Shown: piece by piece, positions 1 through 9,092 of the stretch | How the letters are laid out: the number at the start of each line of letters is the position of its first letter | How positions within the stretch are numbered: the first letter of the stretch is position 1 | Source of the DNA: Candidatus Electronema halotolerans | GTDB taxonomy: Bacteria > Desulfobacterota > Desulfobulbia > Desulfobulbales > Desulfobulbaceae | DNA: 32,000 nt | NCBI GenBank assembly: GCA_942493095.1 | Contig: OW818675.1 | Span: 3,120,001-3,152,000, forward strand | Direction of reading: 5' to 3' | Notes under the pieces: model-generated | Told to the model about the DNA's origin: nothing | Databases searched by the model: none | Seen by the model: the letters and a program-made list of their open reading frames with translations, nothing else | Made by a program: the position numbers and the translations under genes

Positions 1-1
1 C

Positions 2-481
2 CGGGGCTTTGATTTGACTGCTGCTGATCAGCCAGTCTGTCTGATTGGCGGCGGCATGGGCATTGCTCCGCTGCTCTTTCTTGCCCAGGAGCTGCGCGGG
101 CCAAAATACGCCCTGCTCGGTGCGAGAAATCAGGAGGAGCTGGCCCCGTTGGCAAAACTGTTCGCTGAAATTGGCTGCGCTGTCCAGCTTGCCACGGACG
201 ACGGCAGCCTTGGTCATCACGGTTTTATTCCCGATTTGCTGGAGGCAGTGCTGCCGGAGGTGCAACAAGTCTGCACCTGCGGCCCCAGCCTGATGATGCG
301 CAGCGTGGTCAGCATAAGCCGTCAGGCCGGAACGTCCTGCCAAGTCTCGGTGGAAACTGCTATGGCCTGCGGTATGGGGGCCTGTCTTGGCTGCGTCATG
401 CCGGGCGCGGATGGGCGGCAGGTGCATGTCTGCACGGACGGCCCGGTCTTCAAGGCGGAGGAACTGGCATGGCAGCTTTGA
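2..481 (+). CDS. pyrK: Dihydroorotate dehydrogenase B electron transfer subunit PyrK, 5' truncated by window edge
   Basis: Frame is open to the window edge; VCLIGGGMGIAPLLFLA nucleotide-binding segment and C-terminal cluster motif ACGMGACLGCVM; overlaps pyrD. Confidence 0.93.
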   Translation, partial: RGFDLTAADQPVCLIGGGMGIAPLLFLAQELRGPKYALLGARNQEELAPLAKLFAEIGCAVQLATDDGSLGHHGFIPDLLEAVLPEVQQVCTCGPSLMMRSVVSISRQAGTSCQVSVETAMACGMGACLGCVMPGADGRQVHVCTDGPVFKAEELAWQL

Positions 482-1401
482 AACCTGACATGCGGGTCAA
501 GCTCGGCCCGCTGGACTTGCAAAATCCGGTGCTGACCGCCTCTGGCACCTTTGGTTATGCCAAGGAATTTGAGCCGTTCGTCAATCTGAACCGGCTCGGC
601 GGCATCATTGTCAAAGGCATTTCCTTGGAGCCAAGACCCGGCAATCCACCGCCGCGCATTGTCGAGACGGCCTGCGGAATGCTCAACGCCATCGGCTTGG
701 AGAATGTCGGGGTTGACCGCTTCATCAGCGAAAAAATGCCCTATCTGCGAACACTGACCGCACCGCTGCTTGTCAATATTCTTGGCGATTCGCTTGATGA
801 CTACCGCGAGCTGGCCCGCCGATTGGACGAAGTGCCGGGAATCAGTGCGCTTGAGGTCAACATATCTTGTCCAAATGTGAAAAAAGGCGGAGCAGCCTTT
901 GGCGCATCGCCGGAGATGGCGGCAGCCGTGACAGCGGCAGTGCGCAAGGCTGCCCGGCTGCCGGTCATTGTCAAGCTCTCGCCTAATGTTACGGACATCA
1001 CCGTGATGGCAAAAGCGGTTGAAGATGCGGGCGCAGATGCGCTCTCGCTGATCAACACCCTGATCGGCATGGCCATTAACGCGAAGACGCGGAAGCCGCG
1101 CTTGGCAAATATCATCGGCGGATTGTCCGGCCCGGCGATTAAGCCGATTGCTTTGCGCATGGTCTGGCAGACGGCGCAGGCGGTTTCCATTCCGGTGATC
1201 GGCATTGGCGGCATCAGCACGGCAGAGGATGCGGTTGAATTTCTCCTCGCCGGGGCCAGCGCGGTGCAGGTCGGCACAGCCAATTTTTACGATCCCTCGG
1301 CAGCAGAAAAGATCGTCACTGGTTTGGAAGCGTATCTGCAAGAGCAGGGCGAGGAACGGATCAGCAATCTCATCGGCGCGTTGGATACGGGGAAGGACTG
1401 A
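469..1401 (+). CDS. pyrD: Dihydroorotate dehydrogenase B catalytic subunit PyrD
   Basis: NPVLTASGTFGYAKEF, EVNISCPNVKKGG, VKLSPNVTDI and IPVIGIGGISTAEDAVEFLLAGASAVQVGTA motifs. Confidence 0.97.
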   Translation: MAALKPDMRVKLGPLDLQNPVLTASGTFGYAKEFEPFVNLNRLGGIIVKGISLEPRPGNPPPRIVETACGMLNAIGLENVGVDRFISEKMPYLRTLTAPLLVNILGDSLDDYRELARRLDEVPGISALEVNISCPNVKKGGAAFGASPEMAAAVTAAVRKAARLPVIVKLSPNVTDITVMAKAVEDAGADALSLINTLIGMAINAKTRKPRLANIIGGLSGPAIKPIALRMVWQTAQAVSIPVIGIGGISTAEDAVEFLLAGASAVQVGTANFYDPSAAEKIVTGLEAYLQEQGEERISNLIGALDTGKD

Positions 1402-1491
1402 TGGAAGCAGGCAGGATTCGTCGTTCCATCGCTGGGGCATTTTTTTCACAACCAAGAGGAGGTATGTCATGCACGAGCACCGCACGGAACG

Positions 1492-1519
1492 GTAGGGGCG
1501 AAAAATTTTTCGCCCCTAC
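1492..1519. repeat. Perfect 28-bp palindrome GTAGGGGCGAAAAATTTTTCGCCCCTAC
   Basis: Read directly: 14-nt arms with no mismatch and no loop; located between a Shine-Dalgarno-bearing leader and aroD. Confidence 0.95.
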
Positions 1520-1521
1520 AA

Positions 1522-2226
1522 ATGACAATGATAACAATGAATACAATGGAATTAGGAAAAATTTGCGTTTCCCTGACTGGAGCAGATGCGGCGGCAATAC
1601 AAGAGCAGGCACAGCAGGTGCTGGATTCAGCCGACGTGCTGGAAATCCGCCTCGACTACATGACCGCGCCGGAGCCGGAAAAATGCTGTTCCCTCCTGCG
1701 CCAGCCGCTGCTTTTCACCAACAGGCCGCTCTGGGAAGGCGGCAGGTTTGCCGGAAGCGAGGAGGAGCGGCTTGAACCGCTGCTGGAGGCGGTGCGGCTG
1801 CGGGCGGAGTATGTTGATCTGGAGCTGCGGGCTGCTCTGCACAGCCGTCATTGCTTATTGGAGGCTATAGAGGGCAGCCCGACCAAGCTGATTCTCTCGT
1901 GGCATGACTTTAAGGAGACTCCGTCCGCAGCCGAGCTGACCAACCTGCTCCATCAGATGATTGCCAGCGGCGCGCATGTCGGCAAGATTGTCACCACGGC
2001 GCAGAACGCCAATGATGTGCTGCGGGTGCTGGCTCTGCAGGAAGAGGCGCGGGCCGCAGGCTTCTCGCTGATTTCCTTCTGCATGGGCGAGGCGGGCCGC
2101 ATCAGCCGCTTGGCCACGCTCTATCTTGGCGGCTATATGAGCTACGCCTGCCTGAGCGAAGAGCAGGCAACTGCTCCGGGACAGCTTTCTGTCCATCGGC
2201 TGCGCCAGCTGATTCAGCTCCTCTGA
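1522..2226 (+). CDS. aroD: 3-dehydroquinate dehydratase, type I
   Basis: KICVSLTG N-terminus, DVLEIRLDYM, KLILSWHDF, GKIVTTAQNANDVLRVL, FCMGEAGRISRL. Exact start is ambiguous (several ATGs 1522-1546, none with a nearby SD). Confidence 0.9.
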   Translation: MTMITMNTMELGKICVSLTGADAAAIQEQAQQVLDSADVLEIRLDYMTAPEPEKCCSLLRQPLLFTNRPLWEGGRFAGSEEERLEPLLEAVRLRAEYVDLELRAALHSRHCLLEAIEGSPTKLILSWHDFKETPSAAELTNLLHQMIASGAHVGKIVTTAQNANDVLRVLALQEEARAAGFSLISFCMGEAGRISRLATLYLGGYMSYACLSEEQATAPGQLSVHRLRQLIQLL

Positions 2227-2241
2227 TCAGGCTTTCGGACA

Positions 2242-2276
2242 AAAAAAAGCGGCCTGCAACTAAATGCAGACCGCTT
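2242..2276 (-). terminator. Rho-independent terminator of the tRNA gene
   Basis: Minus strand AAGCGGtCTGCAtttagtTGCAGgCCGCTT followed by a T8 run, about 12 nt beyond the tRNA 3' end. Confidence 0.85.
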
Positions 2277-2287
2277 GATCTCTTACA

Positions 2288-2364
<77 letters not shown>

Positions 2365-2434
2365 ATGTATGAGAGAGAGTATATCGTTATGCGGCTCGGC
2401 TGTCAAGGGGAAAAAGCATATCTTTGATATTTGC

Positions 2435-3850
2435 CTATCCGACCCACTCGGTCAGCAGCCTGAACAGCTCTGGCTGCTGCTCGGCCTGACCATTGCTGAC
2501 TAATTCCTCCAAAAGCTGGCGGAAATGCTCCAAGGTCAGCTCATTGCCGAAATGCCCTTCCAGCAGACGGGCCTCGCAGAAATGCTGCCACTGCTCCAGC
2601 TCTTTGGCCACAAGGCTTTCCGGCCAGTTGCGCGCCCGGTAGCGGAAAAAGAGCGTTTGCAGGCGTTCATCGACAAAGGGCGGCTGCCAAGCGGCGAGCT
2701 GCTCCGGGCTTTTGTGCAGCAACTCGTTGCACAAGCGGCGGTCAGCATCAGTAATTATCCCTTCGTACAAGGCCGCGTCCGCATCCTGCGGCGGAAATTC
2801 CGGGCGGCGGCGATACAGCTCCTCCAGCCGCTGAGGCAGGGTCTTGTCTGCCAAAACCTGTAGGCGGTGCTGCGTGGCCTGCGGCCAGTCAATCTGCCAT
2901 TTCTCAGCCAGCTCCGGGGACAGCGTGTTCAGCGGTGCCACGACCGGCGACTTGTTGACATGCACCCCTTTCAGGGCCAGCCGCTCAAAATCTTCCGGCA
3001 TTTCCTCGCTGCGGGCGTAAAGATTTTCGGCCATTTCTGCCGGGGTCATGCTCAGAAGCATCTGCGGGTCTTGGCGCAGGTCATAGACTATGATCTCCCG
3101 CTGATTGAGCGGATGCCGGAGCAGGGGAATGACCGGAGCAATGCAGCCTTTCTTGGCCGGATACATGCCGCTGACATGAAGGACTATCTCCTGCCGCTTG
3201 AGGTCGAGCAGCTTGGCGGCCTCATCTTTCTGACGGAGATTAAAGCAATACTCATACAAACGCGGCTTGAGCCGTCTGATCAGGCGGGCCAGCTCCAGCG
3301 TGGCCTGGACATCGCCCAAGGCATCATGGGCCTTGTGGGCAATGCCATTGGCCTCAGTGAGCAGATCGAGCCGGAAACTGGTGCTGCCGTCCTCCTGCAC
3401 GGGCCAGCTAATCTCCTCTGGCCGGAGGGCATGGGCGGTGCGGACTAAGTCAATGATGTCCCAGCGCGAGCAGTCGTTCTTCCACTCGCGCTCGTAGGGA
3501 TCAATAAAGTTGCGATAGAAGCCAAAGCGGGTCAGCTCGTCGTCAAAACGGAGGCTGTTGTAGCCAACCCCGCAGGTGCCGGGCAGAGACAGCTCGCTAT
3601 GAACGTGACGGAAAAAGGCGGCCTCGTTCAGGCCCTTGCGCTCGGCCTCCTGCGGTGAAATGCCTGTGAGCATGACCGCTCTTGGGTCAGGCAGGGCATC
3701 GCCAGCCAAGCGGCACCAGAGCACGGTCGGATCATCGAGTTCGTTCAGCTCCAAATCCGTGCGCAGGGCCGCGAACTGGGCAGGCCGGTCTTTGCGCGGA
3801 TCAAGGCCCCAAGTTTCATAGTCGTGCCAAAGCAGAGTAATATCAGACAT
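2435..3850 (-). CDS. sbcB: Exodeoxyribonuclease I
   Basis: MSDITLLWHDYETWGLDPRKDRPAQFAALRTD (DEDD exonuclease I motif), GYNSLRFDDELTRFGFYRN, NGIAHKAHDALGDVQATLELARLI. Confidence 0.95.
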   Translation of the reverse strand: MSDITLLWHDYETWGLDPRKDRPAQFAALRTDLELNELDDPTVLWCRLAGDALPDPRAVMLTGISPQEAERKGLNEAAFFRHVHSELSLPGTCGVGYNSLRFDDELTRFGFYRNFIDPYEREWKNDCSRWDIIDLVRTAHALRPEEISWPVQEDGSTSFRLDLLTEANGIAHKAHDALGDVQATLELARLIRRLKPRLYEYCFNLRQKDEAAKLLDLKRQEIVLHVSGMYPAKKGCIAPVIPLLRHPLNQREIIVYDLRQDPQMLLSMTPAEMAENLYARSEEMPEDFERLALKGVHVNKSPVVAPLNTLSPELAEKWQIDWPQATQHRLQVLADKTLPQRLEELYRRRPEFPPQDADAALYEGIITDADRRLCNELLHKSPEQLAAWQPPFVDERLQTLFFRYRARNWPESLVAKELEQWQHFCEARLLEGHFGNELTLEHFRQLLEELVSNGQAEQQPELFRLLTEWVG

Positions 3851-3884
3851 TGCGTTCTTTAATGGAAGGTGGGAGGGACGGCTC

Positions 3885-4541
3885 TCAGTACAGGGCAAAG
3901 CGGACGTTCCAGCCGTTCCTGAGTATGGTGTTGAAGATTGGGGTTTTCAGCTCCTGCGGCTTGAAGCGCCAGTCCTCGGCAGGAGTCTGTTCAAAGCAGC
4001 TGATGCCGTACTGCTCGCCGCTGCGGACAAAGCAGTAAAAACGCGGCGAGGTCAGCAGGCCAGTGCGAATTTTCACCGGGCAGAGGGAGAAATCCACCGG
4101 CCTGATCCGATCCCGCATGGTCACGGTGCGCGTGGGCGCGTCAAAGCTCAGGGTCAGCTCGTACTGGCGGCGCAGTTCAGCCAAGGCCATTGGCCGACAC
4201 CAGTCCGGGGCTTGACAGTGCCAGCGCAGACGGATATTTTTTCCTTTCTTTTCCGCCTGCACCGGGTTGGGAATCTCGTTCACGCCAAGGAGCATCAATT
4301 CCAGCATTTCCTGCAAGACCGGCTCGCCCTTGCCGGGAAAAAACCAGACTTTATGAATGATGGCACGGAGAAAGAAGGGAAAAGGCAGAATGTGCAGGGC
4401 TGCCCAGACCGCCAGCGCAGGCAGCATGAATTTTAATTCGACGTGCGGCCAGACAATCAGCAGGGGCAGCAGGCTCAAGGCCCAGCCAAGCGGCATGAGC
4501 ATGAGCAGGGTCATGGTCTTGGCGAAGCGGGTGAAGAGCAT
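3885..4541 (-). CDS. Hypothetical membrane protein with two N-terminal TM segments
   Basis: Hydrophobic MTLLMLMPLGWALSLLPLLIV and LPALAVWAALHILPFPFFL segments; ends against the LD-carboxypeptidase gene. Confidence 0.7.
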   Translation of the reverse strand: MLFTRFAKTMTLLMLMPLGWALSLLPLLIVWPHVELKFMLPALAVWAALHILPFPFFLRAIIHKVWFFPGKGEPVLQEMLELMLLGVNEIPNPVQAEKKGKNIRLRWHCQAPDWCRPMALAELRRQYELTLSFDAPTRTVTMRDRIRPVDFSLCPVKIRTGLLTSPRFYCFVRSGEQYGISCFEQTPAEDWRFKPQELKTPIFNTILRNGWNVRFALY

Positions 4542-5479
4542 CAGGGACTGGCACAGGTTTGGGGAAGAAATGCCAAGCTGCCGCTCAAGCTGTTCATCAC
4601 GGCTTCCATGCCAATAGGCAGAGCAAAATTTTCCTGCTGATGGCCGACAGGAAAGCCGCCCCAGATCGGAAAGCTGCTTGTCTCAGTCAGTTCCAAGACC
4701 CGCTGCCAGACCTGCTCGTTCAGGCGCAGGGTTGCCAAGCGGTCGTCATGGCCAAGATCAAAAAGACCGATGATCAGGCCGTTGATCTTGCTGAACAGAC
4801 CTGCGCAGGCAAGATGAGTCAGCATCCGGTCAATCTTGTAGAGCGGCTCGGCAGTGTCTTCAAGAAAGAGGATGCAGCCCTCAGTCTGCGGCTGCTGCGG
4901 CGTGCCGAGCAGATGACAAAGCGTGGTCAGATTGCCGCCCAGCAGCCGTCCTTGCGCAAGGCCGCCGCGCAGCACTTCCAAGCCAGCAGGCCGGGTGCAG
5001 GGCAAAAACCGGCCTGCCAGCACTTCCCGGAATCGCTCCAAAGAAAGCTGGTCAGCACGGGCCAAAGTGCTGATCATTGGGCCGTGCAGAGTGACAACAC
5101 CGCAGCGGGCGGTGATGCTGTTCAGGAGCACGGTCAGGTCGCTGAAGCCGATCAGCCATTTGGGCCGACGGCAGAGAAAATCCCAGTCCACATCGTTGAG
5201 CAGGCGCAGGCAGCCGTAACCGCCCCGCGCCGCAATCAGAGCCTTGACCTCCTCGTCCGCCCAGAGCCGGTGCAGTTCAGCCAGCCGCTGCTGGTCGTCC
5301 GCAGCCAGATAGTCCGGGCCGCTCTGCTCCGGCGGCTGGCAGCGGACATGCAGGCCCCAATCGCGCAGCACTTGCAGGCCCTTGGCAAAACCCTCTTCGT
5401 CCCGAATTGGCCCGGCAGGATGAATGATGCCGACCGTGTCGCCGGGCTGGAGACGCGGCGGCAGAATCACTGGCTGCAT
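4541..5479 (-). CDS. S66 family LD-carboxypeptidase (LdcA/MccF-like)
   Basis: GDTVGIIHPAGPIRDEE, IAARGGYGCLRLLNDVD, KWLIGFSDLTVLLNSITARCGVVTLHGPM, GGNLTTLCHLLGTP, CILFLEDTAEPLYKIDRML. Confidence 0.93.
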   Translation of the reverse strand: MQPVILPPRLQPGDTVGIIHPAGPIRDEEGFAKGLQVLRDWGLHVRCQPPEQSGPDYLAADDQQRLAELHRLWADEEVKALIAARGGYGCLRLLNDVDWDFLCRRPKWLIGFSDLTVLLNSITARCGVVTLHGPMISTLARADQLSLERFREVLAGRFLPCTRPAGLEVLRGGLAQGRLLGGNLTTLCHLLGTPQQPQTEGCILFLEDTAEPLYKIDRMLTHLACAGLFSKINGLIIGLFDLGHDDRLATLRLNEQVWQRVLELTETSSFPIWGGFPVGHQQENFALPIGMEAVMNSLSGSLAFLPQTCASP

Positions 5480-6291
5480 CAGCTGATCTCCTGACAGGTG
5501 CGTTCGTGGAGGATGCGCAGGCCGGTCAGAGTCAGGGCCAGATCAAGAAACTCCACTGCCGGACTGTAGGGCAGAATCAGTTCGGCCATGCCGCCAGTGG
5601 CGATGACGCTGATTTTGCCGTCCGCCGCTGCTGCGCCCCGCTCCCGCATTTCCTGCCCCAGCAGTTCGGTCATCCCGGTGATCAGGCCGCCAAAGCCGTG
5701 CAGCATCCCGGAGCGGATGGCCTCTGTCGTGCTTGCTCCGATCACTGCGGCAGGCTTTTCATTCAGCTCAATGCAAGGCAGCTTGGCTGTGCGTTCTGAC
5801 AAGGCCTCCAGCGAGATTCTCAGACCGGGATGAATGGTGCCGCCAAGGTATTCGCCTTTGTCGCTGACGCAGTCAAAGGTGATGGCTGTGCCAAGATCGA
5901 CCACAATTAACGCTGTGGCAAAACACTCCCACGCGGCAACAGCATTGACCAACCGGTCCGCGCCCAGCTCTGTCGGATTGGCCGTAAGAATGCGCAGGCC
6001 AGTGTCAAGCTGATGCGAGATTGCCAGCGGCGGCGAGAGCAGGCTGGTGAAATAGCGCTCGGCAAACTTGAGCCAGACCGGCTCCAAGGCAGGCACCACC
6101 GAGCAGACCACAAAGCCGGTGATGTCCTCCTTGCACAGATCGTCCAAGGCAAAAAGGGTGTGGCAGGCAAGAATCAGCTCGTCCGCAGTGGTGCGGCGGT
6201 CAGTCCGCAGCCGCCACTGATGAAACAGGGCCTGATTATAGAAAATACCAATGACAGTATGGGAGTTGCCGACATCAACGGCGAGAAGCAT
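5479..6291 (-). CDS. coaX: Type III pantothenate kinase
   Basis: MLLAVDVGNSHTVIGIF, LGADRLVNAVAAW, LIVVDLGTAITFDCV, GGTIHPGLRISLEAL, IRSGMLHGFGGLI. Confidence 0.96.
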   Translation of the reverse strand: MLLAVDVGNSHTVIGIFYNQALFHQWRLRTDRRTTADELILACHTLFALDDLCKEDITGFVVCSVVPALEPVWLKFAERYFTSLLSPPLAISHQLDTGLRILTANPTELGADRLVNAVAAWECFATALIVVDLGTAITFDCVSDKGEYLGGTIHPGLRISLEALSERTAKLPCIELNEKPAAVIGASTTEAIRSGMLHGFGGLITGMTELLGQEMRERGAAAADGKISVIATGGMAELILPYSPAVEFLDLALTLTGLRILHERTCQEIS

Positions 6292-6453
6292 GAGTTCACC
6301 TCTGCGGTGTTTTCATTGACAGAACGGTTGCGGGCCGGACAGCATGCCGGTCTTTGCAGAGATTGTAGCACCAAACCGGGGCAGGGGGCAATGCCCAGCA
6401 GGCCGGATGTGCGGAACGCAGAGGGACGTTCCTGCCTTGTTCAGAAAGCGCGT

Positions 6454-7062
6454 TCAGGCATTATAGGCCGCCATTGCCAGTAGGATGCCGATAATTTTGC
6501 CTGCATCTTCAATAAAATATTCATCCAGATCGATGAAGACATTCCACCCTTCCATTTTCAGGAAGCGCCAGGCCGTGCCAGTGGTGACTGCACCGTAAAT
6601 TCTGCTGAAGTCCGCATCACCCTCTTCTTTATTGAACAGTTTTGCCGCTGCCATTTCCGCGATGCAATGTCCCAGCTCGCTAATAATATCCTGATTTTTC
6701 GCCTCAACCACTGTAATGACCGGACTGTTGAGGATGAGCTGCTCCGGCGAGGCGCTGATGATGAAATCGCAGAGGCCGTCCAAGCCCTTTTCCTTGTCAA
6801 CATTGAACTCAATGCCGGAAAAGACGCTGATGTGGTGTTTGAGGATTTTCCGCACCTCAACCAGCACATTGGCAATGATCAGCTCGGAGCGGGCTTTCTC
6901 CGTGTTGATGGCGCGGGCCAGCGGAACGTTTTCGTGGAGAATTTCTTGAAAATGCGGGCTGACTGCGGTGCTGGGCACGGAAGCGAAAAGCCCTTCCTCT
7001 TCAAACAGACGGACACCGAGCTGCTGGGTGACGGCTCTCAGGTCAAAGTCTTTGTAGGACAT
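6454..7062 (-). CDS. Hypothetical protein with PD-(D/E)XK-like nuclease signature
   Basis: Start taken at MSYKDFDLR; GLDGLCDFIIS...ITVVEAKNQDI resembles a D...ExK core, preceded by a helical E (ARSELIIANVLVEV). Confidence 0.6.
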   Translation of the reverse strand: MSYKDFDLRAVTQQLGVRLFEEEGLFASVPSTAVSPHFQEILHENVPLARAINTEKARSELIIANVLVEVRKILKHHISVFSGIEFNVDKEKGLDGLCDFIISASPEQLILNSPVITVVEAKNQDIISELGHCIAEMAAAKLFNKEEGDADFSRIYGAVTTGTAWRFLKMEGWNVFIDLDEYFIEDAGKIIGILLAMAAYNA

Positions 7063-7202
7063 GGATTTTTGGCGACAGCCATGCAGTTTTTCTGCCGAAA
7101 AAGAAACAAGCGCAAAATCGGGCGGCCAATTGCCCACTGTTAAAGTATAATACTCCGCACAGCCTTCTGATTCAAGCAAAACACTTCCCAGTTGAGGCAG
7201 AC

Positions 7203-7979
7203 ATGGACACTATTTATCTCATTTACAGCTTCATTTTTGGCGCATTAGTCGGCTCCTTTCTCAACGTGGTCATCTTCCGCCTGCCGGATGAAACCCAGTC
7301 AGTGGTTTTTCCCGCCTCGCACTGCCCCAAGTGCCAGACCAAGCTGCGCTGGTTTGAGAACATTCCCATTTTTAGCTGGCTGGCCCTGCAAGGCAAGTGC
7401 CGCACCTGCAAAGCTCCCATTTCGCCGCAGTATCCAGTGGTGGAACTGGCAATGGCCCTGCTGGCCGGAGCACTCTGCCGACACTTTGGCCCCTCCTTTG
7501 CCTTGGTGTATTATTTCCTCTTTGTCGCCGCCCTGCTGGCCGTCATCTTCATCGACCTCCACCATCAGATCATCCCGGACAAAATCAGTCTGCCCGGCAT
7601 TGTCATTGGCTTTCTCGGCTCCTTTTTCAATCATCCTTATGTCACTTGGCAGCAGTCTGGTCTGGGCCTGCTTATCGGCGGCGGGATACTCTATGGCGTG
7701 GCAGCGGGATACGTCCTGCTCACTGGCAAGGACGGCATGGGCGGCGGCGACATCAAGCTGCTGGCCATGATCGGAGCCTTTCTCGGCTGGCAGAGCCTGC
7801 TTTATGTGGTCTTTGCCAGCTCCCTTTCCGGTTCAATTATCGGCGGGGCCGCCCTGCTGGTGCAGAAAAAAGACCGCCAGACCCGCATTCCCTTCGGCCC
7901 CTTCCTGTCCTTAGCTGCCCTGTCATGGCTTTTCTTTCAGGATGGCATCTTGGCGGCTTGGCAATGGTATATCCGGTAA
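7203..7979 (+). CDS. pilD: Prepilin peptidase, A24 family
   Basis: GALVGSFLNVVIFRLP, paired CPKC/CRTC, ISPQYPVVE, AVIFIDLHHQIIPD and GMGGGDIKLLAMIGAFLGW aspartate motifs. Confidence 0.97.
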   Translation: MDTIYLIYSFIFGALVGSFLNVVIFRLPDETQSVVFPASHCPKCQTKLRWFENIPIFSWLALQGKCRTCKAPISPQYPVVELAMALLAGALCRHFGPSFALVYYFLFVAALLAVIFIDLHHQIIPDKISLPGIVIGFLGSFFNHPYVTWQQSGLGLLIGGGILYGVAAGYVLLTGKDGMGGGDIKLLAMIGAFLGWQSLLYVVFASSLSGSIIGGAALLVQKKDRQTRIPFGPFLSLAALSWLFFQDGILAAWQWYIR

Positions 7980-8054
7980 TCTTTGGTCAGTTTCAAGGAC
8001 GAGCAGTCCGTTCAGACCTTTTGCAGAGCATAGGCTATGGCGACTGGAAAACAT

Positions 8055-8081
8055 AGGTTAAGCTCGGCAAGAGCATAACCT
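8055..8081. repeat. Imperfect inverted repeat AGGTTAAGCTC-ggcaa-GAGCATAACCT
   Basis: 11-nt arms with a single A.A mismatch, no U-tract; intergenic upstream of the TPM/LemA pair. Confidence 0.7.
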
Positions 8082-8235
8082 GTGCTCTGATGCTGCCATA
8101 GGTTATGTTCTGGTGATGATGTAATCAGGCAAGAAAAATTGTTGAGGTGGAATGAGCAGTTAAACTGCTTGCGCTGTTGCGGAAAGGCGATTAGGGTTAT
8201 GATTCAATAATCAATCATAACCAAGGAGAGTCCTC

Positions 8236-9063
8236 ATGATGAATTTGCGAACTGTCTTTCTGCGTGTTGTTCTCTTGCAGACACTGCTTTTCTTGCTGCT
8301 TGCCCCGCTTGCGCTGCGGGCAGCAACTCCGGCGGTGCCGTCCAGCCCTCCTGAGCGAGTGGTTGATCTTGCCAGCATCATTGACTCCACTTTGGAGGGA
8401 GAGCTTGCCTCGGCTCTGCGCGAGCTGGAAAAAAAGACAACCGCTCAGATGGCCATTCTGACGGTCAGCTCGCTGGACGGCCAGGATATTGAGTCGTTTT
8501 CGCTTCACGTTGCTGAACAATGGAAACTTGGTCAAAAAGGTAAGGACAACGGCCTGCTGCTCACCGTGGCCTTGAAGGAGCGGAAATATCGCTTTGAGAC
8601 CGGCTACGGACTGGAGGGTGCGCTGCCGGACAGCCTGCTGGGCAGCATCGGCAGAAAAAATATGGTGCCATTCTTCAAGAAAGGCGAATACGGCGAAGGC
8701 ATTGCAGCAGCGACCACGCAGGTGTTTGCTGTTCTTGCCAAGCATTATAACGTGCAGCTCGACGGCGTGAAGGAGCTGCCTGAATCTGAACCAAGTTTGA
8801 TTTATTCTATAGGCTGCAAGATTGTCAACTTTGGATTGAAGATTTTCATGTGGATTGCAATTGTGGTATTTATTGGTATTGTACTGACAATAATAATCCT
8901 CGCCATCTTCGATAAAGACAAAAGTTCTTGCTGTAGCAGATCATCCGACAATGATTCGTGGAGCAATAGCTCTGACAGCAGCTCATGGAGCAGCAGTTCC
9001 GACAGTGACTTCAGTGGTGGCGGTGGTGATTTTGGTGGCGGCGGTGATTCCGGCGACTGGTGA
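8236..9063 (+). CDS. TPM domain protein with Ser/Gly-rich C-terminal tail
   Basis: VVDLASIIDSTLEGELASALRELEKKTTAQMAILTV, RKYRFETGYGLEGALPD, C-terminal GGGGDFGGGGDSGDW; followed by lemA. Confidence 0.9.
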   Translation: MMNLRTVFLRVVLLQTLLFLLLAPLALRAATPAVPSSPPERVVDLASIIDSTLEGELASALRELEKKTTAQMAILTVSSLDGQDIESFSLHVAEQWKLGQKGKDNGLLLTVALKERKYRFETGYGLEGALPDSLLGSIGRKNMVPFFKKGEYGEGIAAATTQVFAVLAKHYNVQLDGVKELPESEPSLIYSIGCKIVNFGLKIFMWIAIVVFIGIVLTIIILAIFDKDKSSCCSRSSDNDSWSNSSDSSSWSSSSDSDFSGGGGDFGGGGDSGDW

Positions 9064-9092
9064 TCAATCTTTCATTCAATGGAGCATATATC

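Noticed and set aside
322-1485. 387-aa minus-strand ORF opposite pyrK/pyrD
   Set aside because: Antisense shadow of two well-supported genes; low-complexity composition with no recognisable domain.
4559-5494. 311-aa plus-strand ORF opposite the LD-carboxypeptidase gene
   Set aside because: Spurious antisense ORF; the minus strand carries clear S66 peptidase motifs over the same span.
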